A DNA stretch of 59,587 nt, counting the filler, from Sphacelaria rigidula (lineage: Eukaryota): the NCBI GenBank assembly GCA_964200075.2. It is 7 parts of 7 records of this genome, joined end to end, with 100 filler letters (N's around TTAATTAATTAA, not from the genome) between each part and the next. Parts side by side here need not be neighbours in the genome. Positions count along the whole stretch, not along the records: positions 17,055 to 25,481 come from CAXNAA020011171.1; positions 25,582 to 34,008 come from CAXNAA020011172.1; positions 34,109 to 42,535 come from CAXNAA020011173.1; 4 more parts are not named here. One strand, 5' to 3'. Positions 23,616 through 35,849 of this stretch are shown here, piece after piece (the stretch's first letter is position 1; every line of letters starts with the position of its first letter). The notes below the pieces were generated by a model that did no database searches, was not told the DNA's origin, and worked only from the letters and a program-made list of their open reading frames with translations. Position numbers and translations under genes: made by a program.

Positions 23616-26277
23616 CGACCCTTTTCCCCCCCACCAATTTGTATCGCACCGTCCTGGCATGGGCTATAATGGCTGAACTGGAGTTTGAGACCATCATACT
23701 GTCAAATCGTATGCGCTTGAAATGTCCAAGGCAAACTCGAGTTTGTAAGCGGAAGCAGCTTGCGTAGCACCGCATGGTAGAGACCCGGTCAGCTTTGCCC
23801 GTGTGGTCAATCAAACCGCTGTGTTCGAAGCAGGATCGCCAACGCATATACAGGCCGAAACAGCTTTCAAGTGGAATGCGCCCGAGCGAAAATGCACGAG
23901 ACAAATAACTTACGGGGCAGCGCATCTCAAAACGCCGATCTCCCTACGGCCCATGGCTGTCTTATTTGACCCCACATCACAACTAGCTAACGGTAGCCGA
24001 TCAGGGCCAACGATTGGCCAAATATCTCAAAGAGAGACAGCAGAAAAGTGTGAAAAGAGGCGGATCGGAGAAAAAAACGTCTCACTCAGGACCTTCTAAC
24101 GAGGGATGGAAGCGAGTTAAGTCAGGCAGGTGGGATTCTAAGCCAGATTAAAGCTCACAAAATCGGCTGATGACCAGGGAAAAAGAGGGGCGGAACCCAA
24201 CACGTATAAGTGTTGTTGTAGGTTCAACTATATCACTCCATCGAAAACTGTCAATAGGCCAAAATGCATAAGGATGAACTGGTACAGGCAGGGACCTTTG
24301 ACTCTGCCTCAGATTTACCCATAATTGGTCTGAAATTCATTCGTTCACATCCTACTTTTGTTGATGTGTTAAATACTCGACCGATTCCTCCCTGGATTTC
24401 CCGACCTAAGGAGCGCCAGCAGCTGAACGGTCAAAGTAGTAGGATTCATTCGCTTTGAACTCACGCTTGAAGACGAGACTTTGCTCGTCGAACCCTTTGT
24501 CCTAAACGATCTCGGCCTGAATGTCATGCTAATGGGGAATTCGATCATACGTGCGCTTTCGGAGGGATCCTTGATTGGGAGCCAGAAACGTTGACGTTTC
24601 GCAACCAAACGTTTGTCTGAAAGCTTGAAATGCGAAAAGAGATAAGAACGTTCATCACACGTACTTTTGGAAGCCATTTTTGTTCTGTCGCCAGAGTAGC
24701 AACAAAGGTTGAATCCCTTAGCAGTACCTCTTACAATGAATGCTGTGTCCCTCCGTATACTACCATGAACAGACAATTCTGCAAGATGAGGTTGAACAAT
24801 GAAATGAGGTTCAAGCCCAAAACAGTGCTTTCTTCACACTTTCAGCGATTGTGCCCAACGACGTTTTTGGCGGTCTGATGACCCTCGATCGCGCAGATGC
24901 TTTTTCAGCGCATTTCACCGACCGTTCATGTCGAGAATTAATTAATTCAATAATAATAACTTCATTTCAGTGTACAATCTCATTTCATAGAATTGTCTGT
25001 TGACGACCGTTCATGTCGAGACGCATGAGCCACCGCCTGTCACTGCTGCTGCGGTAGTTCAAAGATGCATTGTCACAGCAGAGGGCATCTAATCCCTCTA
25101 TGTACTGTCGGCTTTCAGCCACCAAATCTTAGCACGTACGGCCTGTACATGCTTGGCCGTGAGTAAACCAGCGAGGGTATAATCGGTTAATCTGTTCAGC
25201 AGGCACATTCGACTGCAGAGTCATAATGCGATAGGGGGGGGGCTGTTTGATTCCACAAAAAAATGGGCTCATAAATGCTTCAGACAACCTAACACACTCG
25301 CGGTGCGCTTGTATTTGGGTAAAGGTGGTGTCAAGCAGTATGACTAAGCGTTATTTATCGGAAGCAAGCGCGTTCGAACATTCGTTGATGCTATTACCGA
25401 CGATTTCAAGTAGAATTTCGTGGAAGAAAACTGCCCAAAATTACCAGGGACACCAGAAGGACTACAGACACAGATAGACAANNNNNNNNNNNNNNNNNNN
25501 NNNNNNNNNNNNNNNNNNNNNNNNNTTAATTAATTAANNNNNNNNNNNNNNNNNNNNNNNNNNNNNNNNNNNNNNNNNNNNTGACTCACTTAAAGCGAAT
25601 GATCAAAGCCACTCTCAATCGTATCATCTACTCTCCATATCACGAAAACGTTGTTTATTATAGAACGACTTAGCTTGTCAGAACAAAAAGGATAACCTTA
25701 CCAAAATGCCCATTTTACAATTGACGTTTTCTTGGTCAAAATATGGTTCTTCTTCTGCAACTGTTGATGATGCAGCTCACCTATACGGTGCACCACTTCA
25801 AATTCAACTATACTACTAAAACGTGACTGATTCGTTCACCGATCTCGAAGTGACGTTTTCCCCGGTGACGAAAGCTCGCGTGTGGGAGTTTGTACTGTTT
25901 TTCGCGAGTTCCAGAAGGGTTAAAAACGCATTGTTTTGCGCAACCATAGCGTATACAGTACCTGTTGAAGCTCGGTCCTCAAACCCTCAACCTCGGCATC
26001 CTTGGTTGACAGCGCCTCCCGGAGGCAGTCTCGTTCAGCTGAGGAATACAAAAATCAGATGAACGTGCAATGGAAATATCACAAACACACACGCACCAAC
26101 GCACAGACGAAAGAAAATTCTGCGTTCAGTTCACGTTTGGTCCGACCAGGGTTTCGCCAGTTGTTGTTACCCCTACGATTATATCAGGATTCGCCAGCAC
26201 TTTGTCGCGAACGTGTTCGGTCCCTCTGGCAAAGACAGGTGGCCTCATTCGCTGCAAGTGTGACTTAAGTACAATGT

Positions 26278-26410
26278 TGTGTGTGGTGTGTGTGTTGTCG
26301 TCCCATCTATTCTGGGCGCCGGTCTGCACCTTTCGGTATATGTGGGCGCACCAGCCGGGGTCACACAGGAGGAAGGTCAACACAGGAGCTTCTTCTTTTT
26401 TATTTGTTTT
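26278..26410 (-). mobile_element. SINE family 3' fragment, minus strand
   Basis: Near-identical to 14760-14880. Confidence 0.8.
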
Positions 26411-26718
26411 TAGTTTGTACAATCCTTCAGCTGTAGTCGCAGTGGCACTCATAACCCTCACATCGCGATGCGGGTAGTCCATCTGGATCACGCATAACCT
26501 TTTCAAGTGACATTAGTTGATTCCGATTCAGCAGGTGACCTACCCTCGCGGTCAAAGGGTTAAAATAATAGCTGACTTTCTAAAATCTTAACGACACGCA
26601 CACGACACTGACACCGGGGTTGTCTGAGCTGCTCTCGCCGCGAACAAAACAAACGTGGTGTTACGACCTTACGAACATGAAGCCTTCGTTTTCGAAACGT
26701 TGCCGCAATCACGCACAC

Positions 26719-26821
26719 CTTCGAGGGTCCGAGCTTTGGACTCGGCCGACGATACGTCCTTCCTCAACTCTCGCCGGGCCTTTCGATCTCGTCGACGTTG
26801 GTCTTGGGCCTGTTCGTGCAT
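26719..26821 (-). CDS. Exon of an unidentified coiled-coil protein (MHEQAQDQRRRDRKARRELRKDVSSAESKARTLE)
   Basis: CAG acceptor and G|GTGTGC donor. The phase-0 start matches the upstream exon ending at 29090. Confidence 0.7.
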
Positions 26822-26956
26822 CTGTCGTTCAAGGGACCCCGATGGATGGACGGGCAGGAGGAAATATTTTGATCGCACACGAGTTTCAGGTTCGATAGGG
26901 GTTGTGCATTTGGAACCAGATCTTTCTCGTTCAGGGGCTCCTAAACTTAGGAGCTA

Positions 26957-27815
26957 CAAACAGCGGATTCTCAAAAATGGAGTTGAACAAAAACAAAATG
27001 AGGTTCAACTCGAAAGCGGTGCTTTTATTTACCTAAAGCCATGACAAATGACTTTCATATGGACGACCTCATCCCTCCCGACTCCCATAAAGCTATTTCG
27101 GGGGATTTCTAGACTTTCGTTCCCCCAAAATGGTATGTGCGAAAGCACGTTTTTGCCTCGATAATGGGGTGAAAAAAGGCGCTTTTTGGCCCCAAAATCG
27201 TGCTTTTGCACATACCCTTTGGGGGAACGGAAGGAACAGCCGAGCATCGACATTGAGGATGGAGTATTTCACTTAGGATGAGAACCTGAAGTATTAAAAT
27301 CACCGTACTATGGTTCCTATCCTTCACCTACTGGGTAGCTATTGACAAGTATCACACGTCACACGTATTTGGATTTCGATGACCCAAAATGTTGGGGTCC
27401 TAGATGATGACCAATTTCGGGGAATTTCGTCGATCCGATCGGATCACCTGAATTGCCCAAAAACGTTTCTTCACTTAGGACCCCAATATTCCGGTTAACG
27501 GAATCCAAATTTGTAGGGCGTGTAGCAATCGTCAATAGCTACAAGTATGTAAAGGAATGGAACCATATTTCGAAGATTCGGTGCGGGTACGAAGGTTTTA
27601 ATCCTCCGGGTTCTTATCCTCAATGAAAAGCTCCATCCTCAATTTGATGATCGGCTGTGCAGGCTAGAAATCCCCCGAAATAGTTTTGGGGAGTTCGGCA
27701 GGGATGCGGTCGTCCACATGAAAGTCATTTGTCATAACTTTAGGTCAGGGAAAGCATTCCTTCTGAGTTGAACATCATTTTTGTGTTCAACCCCAATTTT
27801 GATAACCCGCTGTTT
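26957..27815. mobile_element. Foldback (long imperfect palindrome) element
   Basis: 26961-27112 is the reverse complement of 27664-27812, and 27240-27430 of 27446-27660. It is centred on the perfect palindrome GATCCGATCGGATC (27432-27445). Confidence 0.8.
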
Positions 27816-29089
27816 ACACAATAGTATGGGTTAGGGCACGCCCGTTTTCCATTTTTTTCGAGGTGTCCCTAACGCATAGGAATGCTCATCGTGGGGTGCT
27901 CTCACCCATTTCATACGTCGTTTGTCGGATGAGATAGAGAGCCCCTAACAATCAAAGCCTCATGAAGTATTCGTGCACCCCTACCGTAGCACCACTCCAT
28001 CATACCCGTAACACCTGCCATTTTTTCGGGAGGAGTCCGCAGCCTCTCAAGGGACCCACTCATCTCCCCCTTCCTCCCGGTAGCCTGGTCCGGCGAAAAC
28101 CCGGCGTGCTCCGTCCCGGATTTGTAGGGACGGACCCGCTATGGGGTCGGCGTCGATTGGTGATGACGCTGTAAAACAAAGCGATTGGTGATGACGCTGT
28201 AAAACGGTATACAGCTAGGCAGCCAGGCTATACCGTTTTGTTTTGTGCGCTTGTGTTTTTTTCCCCGCGGAAACCACGATGGTGGTAGAACTAGATGATA
28301 TTGTGCGGGGCGGCAGAAACTCACCTTCGCGCAAAGGGGGATGATTATGCCACATAATGTTTAAACTAGTGAGACACCCATGAGGCAGCGTGTAAGCCGT
28401 GGCCGTTTCTGGAAGTGACGATACCAGAAATTATAGCAACTCGTTGCAGGCTACCATCCAAATGCAAAGTAATCAGTAGGCTTTGGGTCGAACAATCTCA
28501 GCAGGATGCAGGTCATTCCTATTGCGACTCGCCGAACACACCACGGCGCTTCGCGCGTGGTGATTGATCTCGTGCCTGGCCCGGCGGAAACCCGGCGTGC
28601 GCCGTCCAGACTTTGTAGGGATGCGAGGTCAATTGTCACATGACTACGACATGCAAGATCATGAGTACACCCCCCTCCTACCCTCCCCCCCGGTATGCAC
28701 ACACCTTACTTACATTATGTGTCGCGAATTGAATCAGCATCTCTCCTCGCTGCGTCGACCCTCGCCAAAAAACCTCACTTCGGTACTCAATTCCTCGCGC
28801 TTGCGATGGCAGAAAAATGTTTGGTTTACTTCTCCGAAGAAAAGCTCGCATCAATCGGGAGCTTTTCAGTTGTACCAGCTAGGCCACCAGGGTGCGGCGA
28901 CCCTCAGCTATTACACACTACTACTTGTCGTGACGTCACTGACGATGATGACCTCCATATGTCTCACCAGGTTGTGACGGGAGACATCGACGCAAAAGTC
29001 ACCCGGAATCCAGTGCTAACACCGCTATAAACGATGACCGAGATGGATTGCGATTGGCCTCTACTAGAAAATATCAACCTACAACTCAC

Positions 29090-29991
29090 CGATCGAAGGA
29101 CTGTGCGCAGCTCGTCACTTTCGGCTTGACTCCTCGCCAGCTGTCCCTCCGCATCCCTCCAGGCGTCTCTGGCCCTCAGCAACTCACCGTAAACCGCGGT
29201 GTCCACCGCTATTCTACCCGGCTCCTTCGATTCCAACTTCTGACCAGCTCCTCCCTCGCCGAGAGTATCCGTCGCGTCTCCATCTACCCTAGCTTCCCCG
29301 CGCAGTACCTCAGCCTCAGCGGGATAATCCACTGGTCGGTCATCAGTTGAAGAAGAACCTTCTGCACATACTCGTATCGGGACTTGCTCCCCGGTGGAGG
29401 GTTCCCGCTTGCCCTCCTCGTTTGATTCCCCCCTTTCATTTTTCTGCAGATTTGACCTTGACGAGCGATGGATCGCTGCTTCCGTCGTCGATTCCGAAGT
29501 CGCGACGATGGATGATGGCTCAGACAAAGTCGAACTAGCGGCCCCAGGAGATGACGCGAAAGATCGGGGTCTACAGGCTCCCAAGTCAAACGAATCCACT
29601 GCCGCTGGTGACATAGCTGTCCTTGCTGATCCTCTAGCTCCAACTTGAATCTCGACCGAATCGAAGACGTGTGCTGCTGGCGAACTCTCGTTTTCTACCG
29701 CCGCTTCTCCCACTGCAGCTGCCGCTGCTCTTACTCCTCCTGCTCCTCCTGCCCCTCCTGCCCCTTCTGCTGCTACTGTCGCTGCTGCTGTGACGTCACT
29801 TTGTTGAGCAAGAAGCCCCTCGTCGATGCCGTTGCTGTTGACGGCGAGGCCGTCTCTGCCACCGCATTGTCCATCGTTTTCTTTTTGCTCCTCCGTATGC
29901 TGCGCCAGGAGGTGGAGCACCTCGTTCTGCGCAAAGGTCCAGTCTAGCTTGCCCGCTGTTGATGGGGACTCCCCTCCAGTCCCACTGTGTA
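29090..29991 (-). CDS. Large exon of the same unidentified protein (A/G/S/E-rich, ending in a coiled-coil-like segment)
   Basis: Lies inside a 385-aa ORF. AAG acceptor after a pyrimidine tract and TCG|GTGAGT donor. 902 bp fits phase 1-0. Confidence 0.8.
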
Positions 29992-31215
29992 CTTTTTTCG
30001 GCGTGTCGGTGGATAATGCAGACACGATGGGCGGTGAGAAAAAAAGCAAGGCTACCGTAAGATCCCGCCCGGGCGATGGCCACAGCGGTAGACCACTGAC
30101 AGCTTCGTTGGAAATAGCCACCGCGGTAGGCTAGATGAATATTACGGTACCCGTCTATTTTTTCATGCGTTCCCCCCCACCCCTCTCTCGACACAAGACC
30201 GTAGTCTCAAGGACCGAACCCGTATCTCCCCCCCGGCATGTACCTGTCTGACATTTTGCTATCAAGGATTGGATAACGACCACTCCAGCACCCCTGTTGA
30301 TCCTCGGGTCGATTTACGTTCCCTTGCTACCTACACCGTGCACACGGATTATACGACCTACGATGACCCAGACTTTCGTTCAAAAACACAGTATCCGTCG
30401 GTATTCAAACACACAGTCCTTCGTCCTGGTGTCCTAGTGGACGGCTCGTGTTCTACGTAGAACATCGGGACGGGGCGGCGTCCTAGGTGATCCTACATAT
30501 CTTACCTGGCACACAGCGTATGTGTGTTTATATATATATTTATATATGGTAATGCGGGAGGAAAGTGCATGAGGTACCTTTCTAGGGTGACGTCCCGATC
30601 ATGGGAATGATTTTACGCTAAGGATCTAATTTCTACGTAAGACAAGGTGAATGAGTAGAGCATGCAACACCGTCGATTGGCCTAATCTGTTGTGGCTTAG
30701 ATGTCCCCACCTAGTTTGCTCTTTAGCTTGACCGGCCGTTCCAGCGATGTGACGCACGTTGACTACGTATGTGGGCAAAGGAGGCGAGGTTTTGAGTATT
30801 CCCCGGCTGACAAATCATCCCGCCGTGTCGTAAGTACCCGCTTCGGAGATAGGAGATGGACCTTGTGCAGGGAGAGGGTGTTGGCATTGACTTATATCCT
30901 AGCGCTGTAGCTTCAGCATCTCATGGGCGTTGCTGAATGCCCCCAACACAAGTTCGCTGAAGACGGCTTCCCTTTTCAGTTGGAGCAAGTAACACAGGAA
31001 ACACCGCAACCCACTCCACATGCAATGTGTGAAAAAAAGCCGTTCAAAATGATCGTTCACGCGATTTCACTTCGAACTAAGCATTTTCCTCAAAAGCCAC
31101 ACATGAGCAGTGCATACCTTATTGCCACTCTTTCAATCAAGCACCACGCTGAACACTAAAATATTCATGACGCATGATTGTTCCGCTGTGCCTCCCGGTG
31201 AGCACCGCGCCGTAC

Positions 31216-31426
31216 CTTCCCGTGAAGACTCGTCGACATCCACCCGGAAGAAATGATCCCGTCCGAAAACCACACGACAATCCGTCGTCAACGCCGCTCC
31301 CGACTTTCCGCCCCCGACAGAAGCCACAGACGGCGAACGCTGCTCAACACCCCCCTTTAATGGTACAGTAGTCTCGTCCCTGATCGCGAGTGTGCCCTCC
31401 GAGGCGCAACTAAGTTCTTCCTCCAC
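31216..31426 (-). CDS. Exon of the same protein (VEEELSCASEGTL...DESSRE)
   Basis: TCAG acceptor and a phase-1 G|GTACGG donor, compatible with the 29991 acceptor. Confidence 0.72.
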
Positions 31427-32421
31427 CTGAGTCATTCGCGGACACCCGGCAAGGAATGGGGACAGCTTCTCAGCGTTTCGCTACTCGTTCGTGGGAAGTC
31501 TGCACCCGGAGGTGATGATCAGCCAGTCCCGTTTTCTTTTTCATGAGGACATCCAAGGGGCGTTGTAACTTTCTCCCAGGATCTACCCTTCCCTCCCGCC
31601 CGCCCAGTCACCCACCCACGCACCCCCAGCTGGCTTCGGAGAGACAGAATGTAGATCTCTCAAAGTTATCACCGAGTCACATGCGGACTCCTCGAAGTTG
31701 TCCCCCAGCCGAGTTCGGGTTCATCACAGCACAGGCCGCGCCCAGGCCATCATCAAATATTGTATTTGGGGGCAAAATGCTGAATTATCGGAGTGTCTTC
31801 CAAGTCAAGAATAGAGCAGATTGTTCGAAGCTCGAGGTGACTCTCGGGTGTGATTATTTTCACTCTCTGGATAGTACGATCAATGGAGCTGCGATGTGAT
31901 GGGGAATAACATGATGCCACGCGTAGCCTTCCCCTGGCCGATTTTACCGGTCTGCAGCATTGCGGGTTATGAGTCCTGAGGCAACCTGCCCCAGAGCCCC
32001 TTGAGCATCTGGCAAAATCGCACTTGAGTGATCCTATGTCGATTTACAGCAGGGAGAGGCGGGGGGGTGGGGGGGGCGTTCGAGCCACTGCTTGCATGAA
32101 GGAGCCAAGCTGGAGCGACGGTGCAAGCAGAAAATTTGATGTGCATTATTTTGGTATCGGCAGAGCGTACGCATTCATTTCGCTTGACAATGGTTTGACT
32201 AAAATAGAAGCCAACAGTTGGTGTGTGAGCTCGTGTACCGTACCCAGGAATGTCAACGTTTCGTGGAATCGATTCCCCCGCCATCGTTGTAGGATCCCTG
32301 ATTGCGAGGTGTCGTTGTACGTCAGCGTGAGAAATGACCAAGCAAATCATCGGGTTCTGCAGAGAGGGGAAGAGGATGTTTCGGACATAACATTTCCCTC
32401 TCTCATCGCTGACCGTCTGAC

Positions 32422-32465
32422 CTCACTTTCCCGGAGACTTGGACGTTGTTGTTGTTGTCGCTGTC

Positions 32466-32499
<34 letters not shown>

Positions 32500-32622
32500 G
32501 AGGTGAACATGATCTCGTTGGGTTCCGCTCTCCAGCTTCGCCCCTCCCGAACTCGTCGACGTTTCCTCGAGCCTGAGTCGTAACAACCATAGCGAGGCAC
32601 AATCGGTACTTCGATCCGTTCC
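32422..32622 (-). CDS. Poly-Q exon of the same protein; acceptor at 32622 or 32572
   Basis: In-frame (CAG)n tract (HLQQQQQQQQQQQRQRQQQQRP) and a phase-0 GAG|GTCAGA donor. Confidence 0.6.
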
Positions 32623-32961
32623 CTGAGCGAAAAATGGGCCACTCTACTTCCCCTCCCCAGTGGCAAAATGTGAACTATACAAGGAGGAACGGGACGTGCC
32701 TGAGGGGGAAATGCGGGACGTGAACGAAGGCAGCATGAAATTATTTGACGGGTTAGACAGTAGGGGGAAAACGATGGCTGTACTAGGAGATAGATGGTGG
32801 CCAGAGACGGCGAAACAGGACGGGGATGAGAGATGTAATTTTTTTTTGTGTAATGTATGAAAATAACGTAATGAGCACCGGAATGTTGGAGGTGTCTCAA
32901 TTAGGAGTAGGAACCAACGGTTCTCCATCTCGACAGGGATGCGTGGTCAATGTCCAAACGA

Positions 32962-33883
32962 TAGGGCTGGGTACTAGCGAAGCCAGTCAGGATCCTGTAT
33001 ACTGGCTGCTGACGCAGCCAGTATACAGGATCCGATCAGTACACTGGTGGCGCGGCTTCGCCGCGCCATCATCGCCCCCCCCCAGCTGGTGAGGGGGCCC
33101 GGCTGAAGGCGCCCGCTTTTTTACGCGATTTGGCTTCACTAGAGCATAAAAAATTAGTGATTTTGGCCCATGTGACAGAGACACTATCGCGGGGAAAACG
33201 ATAGAAAGTTCGAGGACAACGCCCAAATTTATTAGTTTTCTACTGTTCTACAGGAGGGAATGTGGCACAAATTTCAAACTTTGCAACACCCACAAACTCC
33301 AGGATCTCCAGGATCGTGGGAGACGTAGTCTGTGCATATGAAAGTGCATGAAACTGCATGTTCCATCAAACCCTTTACGTTGGGGAGTATTGAAAAAATG
33401 AAAGCAGCCAAGTAGAAAGCCCTACAAAACCAGCACTTGAAAGCACAAGGCACAAGGTCACAAGGTGGTGAGCGGCACTCTTGTTTACTGGACTGAACAA
33501 CCTCTCGCAAAAAACAAAGGAAACAGCGACACGGCAGTCCTGAAATCAAACCAAGAAGCCAAGAAAAAAAAAGGGGGGGGACACGAACTAGCACAGCATG
33601 CTACAACAGTACGTAGGAGATACACTGCCGGGGTCTGCAGCAGACGGCGAGCTGCCAGAGGCGACAAACCTGTCCATCGTTGTATGGTCTCCCAAGCTGT
33701 GTGGTTCGTGTGGGGTGTGATGTGTGCTGTGTCTCCTTGGTAGCGACCTGGATAGATGGGTTCCCGCTGATTCTTGAGACGTATTGAGGAATCTACGTAG
33801 ATGTGTATGTACTGGTGTACTGGCGGGACTGTCTACCAGTGCATATGGACTGGCAGTACGTACTGGTTCAGTACCCAACCCTA
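32962..33883. mobile_element. Non-autonomous hAT-type element with an 8-bp TSD
   Basis: CCAAACGA|TAGGGCTGGGTACT ... AGTACCCAACCCTA|CCAAACGG. Removing it restores the host repeat GGTCAAT..CCAAACG.CTAAGGCAAGCAAC. Confidence 0.85.
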
Positions 33884-33916
33884 CCAAACGGCTAAGGCAA
33901 GCAACACATGAGTACG

Positions 33917-33948
<32 letters not shown>

Positions 33949-35849
33949 CCGGCACCCCCCCGCCCCCCCGCCCCCCCTCGCGGGGGCGGCCCCACCGCGC
34001 GGGGCCGGNNNNNNNNNNNNNNNNNNNNNNNNNNNNNNNNNNNNNNNNNNNNTTAATTAATTAANNNNNNNNNNNNNNNNNNNNNNNNNNNNNNNNNNNN
34101 NNNNNNNNTAGAAGAGCTGGGGAGTCCCTCGACAGCATTTAGACGCTGCAGTACTAGCAAACCTGCTAGCGTCACAGACGCCATGCATGGACCATAATGC
34201 ACGGCTTAATTGAGGGTGTTATGAGCTGAAATTCTCACGTACACGTTCTACACTTCAATACCAAAAATGCGGAAGAAAATAAATTTGTTGAGGTATATAA
34301 TTAATGTTTTTGTTAGAATCTCAAACTACCTCTAATTTGATGTTTTTTCTCCTCTCGGCTACCGCAGAAAGTTGATGCGCCTTGATGATATTTACATTGT
34401 GTAAAAACGTCAGCTTGAAGCACTTGAGAACGGCCTGTGCGGTTCTGATCAAGCGTCGGAACAATCTTCGAGCTGGTCCTGCTCGTGTGGACGAAGAGGG
34501 ACGGGCGCCTGTTGTAGATCGATTTGCAGGTTATACCGATAAATTTTTCCAGTCTCATCACATTTTTACTTGATCATTCGGCGTCAACCTGCCTCAGTTG
34601 AAGCCCAGGTAAACCACTGGAAATGCATTTGACACAAGGGCTATGTCAATGAATAGTATACAGGAGTCAAGAACTGTGACCACAGATATTTACACCGTGC
34701 ATTATTGTAATGGGGTTACGGTGCTGTATAGGCACGCGCAGGCTCACTAGGCAAGGCAAGGGGTCAGTCCGCAGACTGAACAGCCAGGCCAGATAACAGG
34801 CACCACCTCACACAGATGTTTCCAAAAGATACCAAAATATCACGCGCAGGTAGATGTTATCGCTTCTTGATTGCTTGGTCTCAAACTTGTAATATCCAAT
34901 CTCTTCAATCCAGCCTCTCAATCCAATCAGTCTCACCGGTGTTTGACTTCTTTGCTGGAAGAGGGGAGCAGATGGCAGTGCGGTGGATGAGGCTTGATTT
35001 TTGCAAGGGCAAACCAAGCCGTCACCATCTCTGTCATATACAAATTCACACTTGTACCTGACCAACTCTGAACAGACCTACGGTCTCAGAAATACCACAA
35101 ATGCAATATGAAGCCGGACTCATCAACGGGTCTGAGGCGGCACGGCAATCAGGCTACTATGCTTCTCATGACACTAACCCACCCAGCCGAAGCTTTATTA
35201 TAGCTGCGAGGATTTTATCCTCAAAGCAGCGAAAACTAAGGTTTTTCTTTTCACGTAAAAAGTCATGAGCGGCTAATATGACATACCTAAGGAAACACTC
35301 CCGTACCCACTCCAACACCTCAAAATAAGGGAAGCATAGACTGCTTTGAGGAGCAGAAAAACTGCTTTGAAACACGAAGCACAAACTGCTCCTGCGTGCT
35401 AGCGATCAAGGAAAAAGCACGAATCGCTTCGGCGTCCTAGCAAAACGAAGGGGGGAAACAAGGAGGTACGACAGGGAACAGAGCTTCAACCTGGAGGAAT
35501 GCAAAGAGAAAAAGCGGCAAGATCAGTATGCGACCAACGCATGTTGGTCCGATGCAAAATCTGAAAATCGGTGATCCAGCGAGATCGAGCGCCAGCCGGA
35601 AGGGGATACTAGAGCTCCAGTAGTCGTAGATGGTGGGTGGATGGCTTCAGTAGTTCTTCGATCGTCGTCCGATGTAGGTGGTCCTGTTGTGGATGTCGTA
35701 GAGTAGGGTCCTAGTGAAGAAGGGAGGGCAAACAGTACTAAAGAAGGGGGGGGAAATTGCAGCGAAAGAGCGTGGTTCAAAGCGGTGCGTGGATGTGGTG
35801 GGTGTGGTCGATGTTGCGCTGGAGAGCGGCGAAGTCCTTTGAACTTAAG

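Noticed and set aside
23616..23635. Minus-strand polypurine tract next to the 3' LTR, suggesting reversed LTR orientation
   Set aside because: gag-pol is clearly on the plus strand between the LTRs, and C runs are common in this genome, so it is probably flank sequence.
30245..30515. Possible solo LTR (TG...CA) in the intron
   Set aside because: There is no second copy in the window and no clear TSD.
8894..32622. Joining the contig-4 exons and the myosin exons into one minus-strand gene
   Set aside because: They lie on separate contigs with an unrelated contig in between, and the N-terminal motor exons (P-loop, switch I/II) were not seen.
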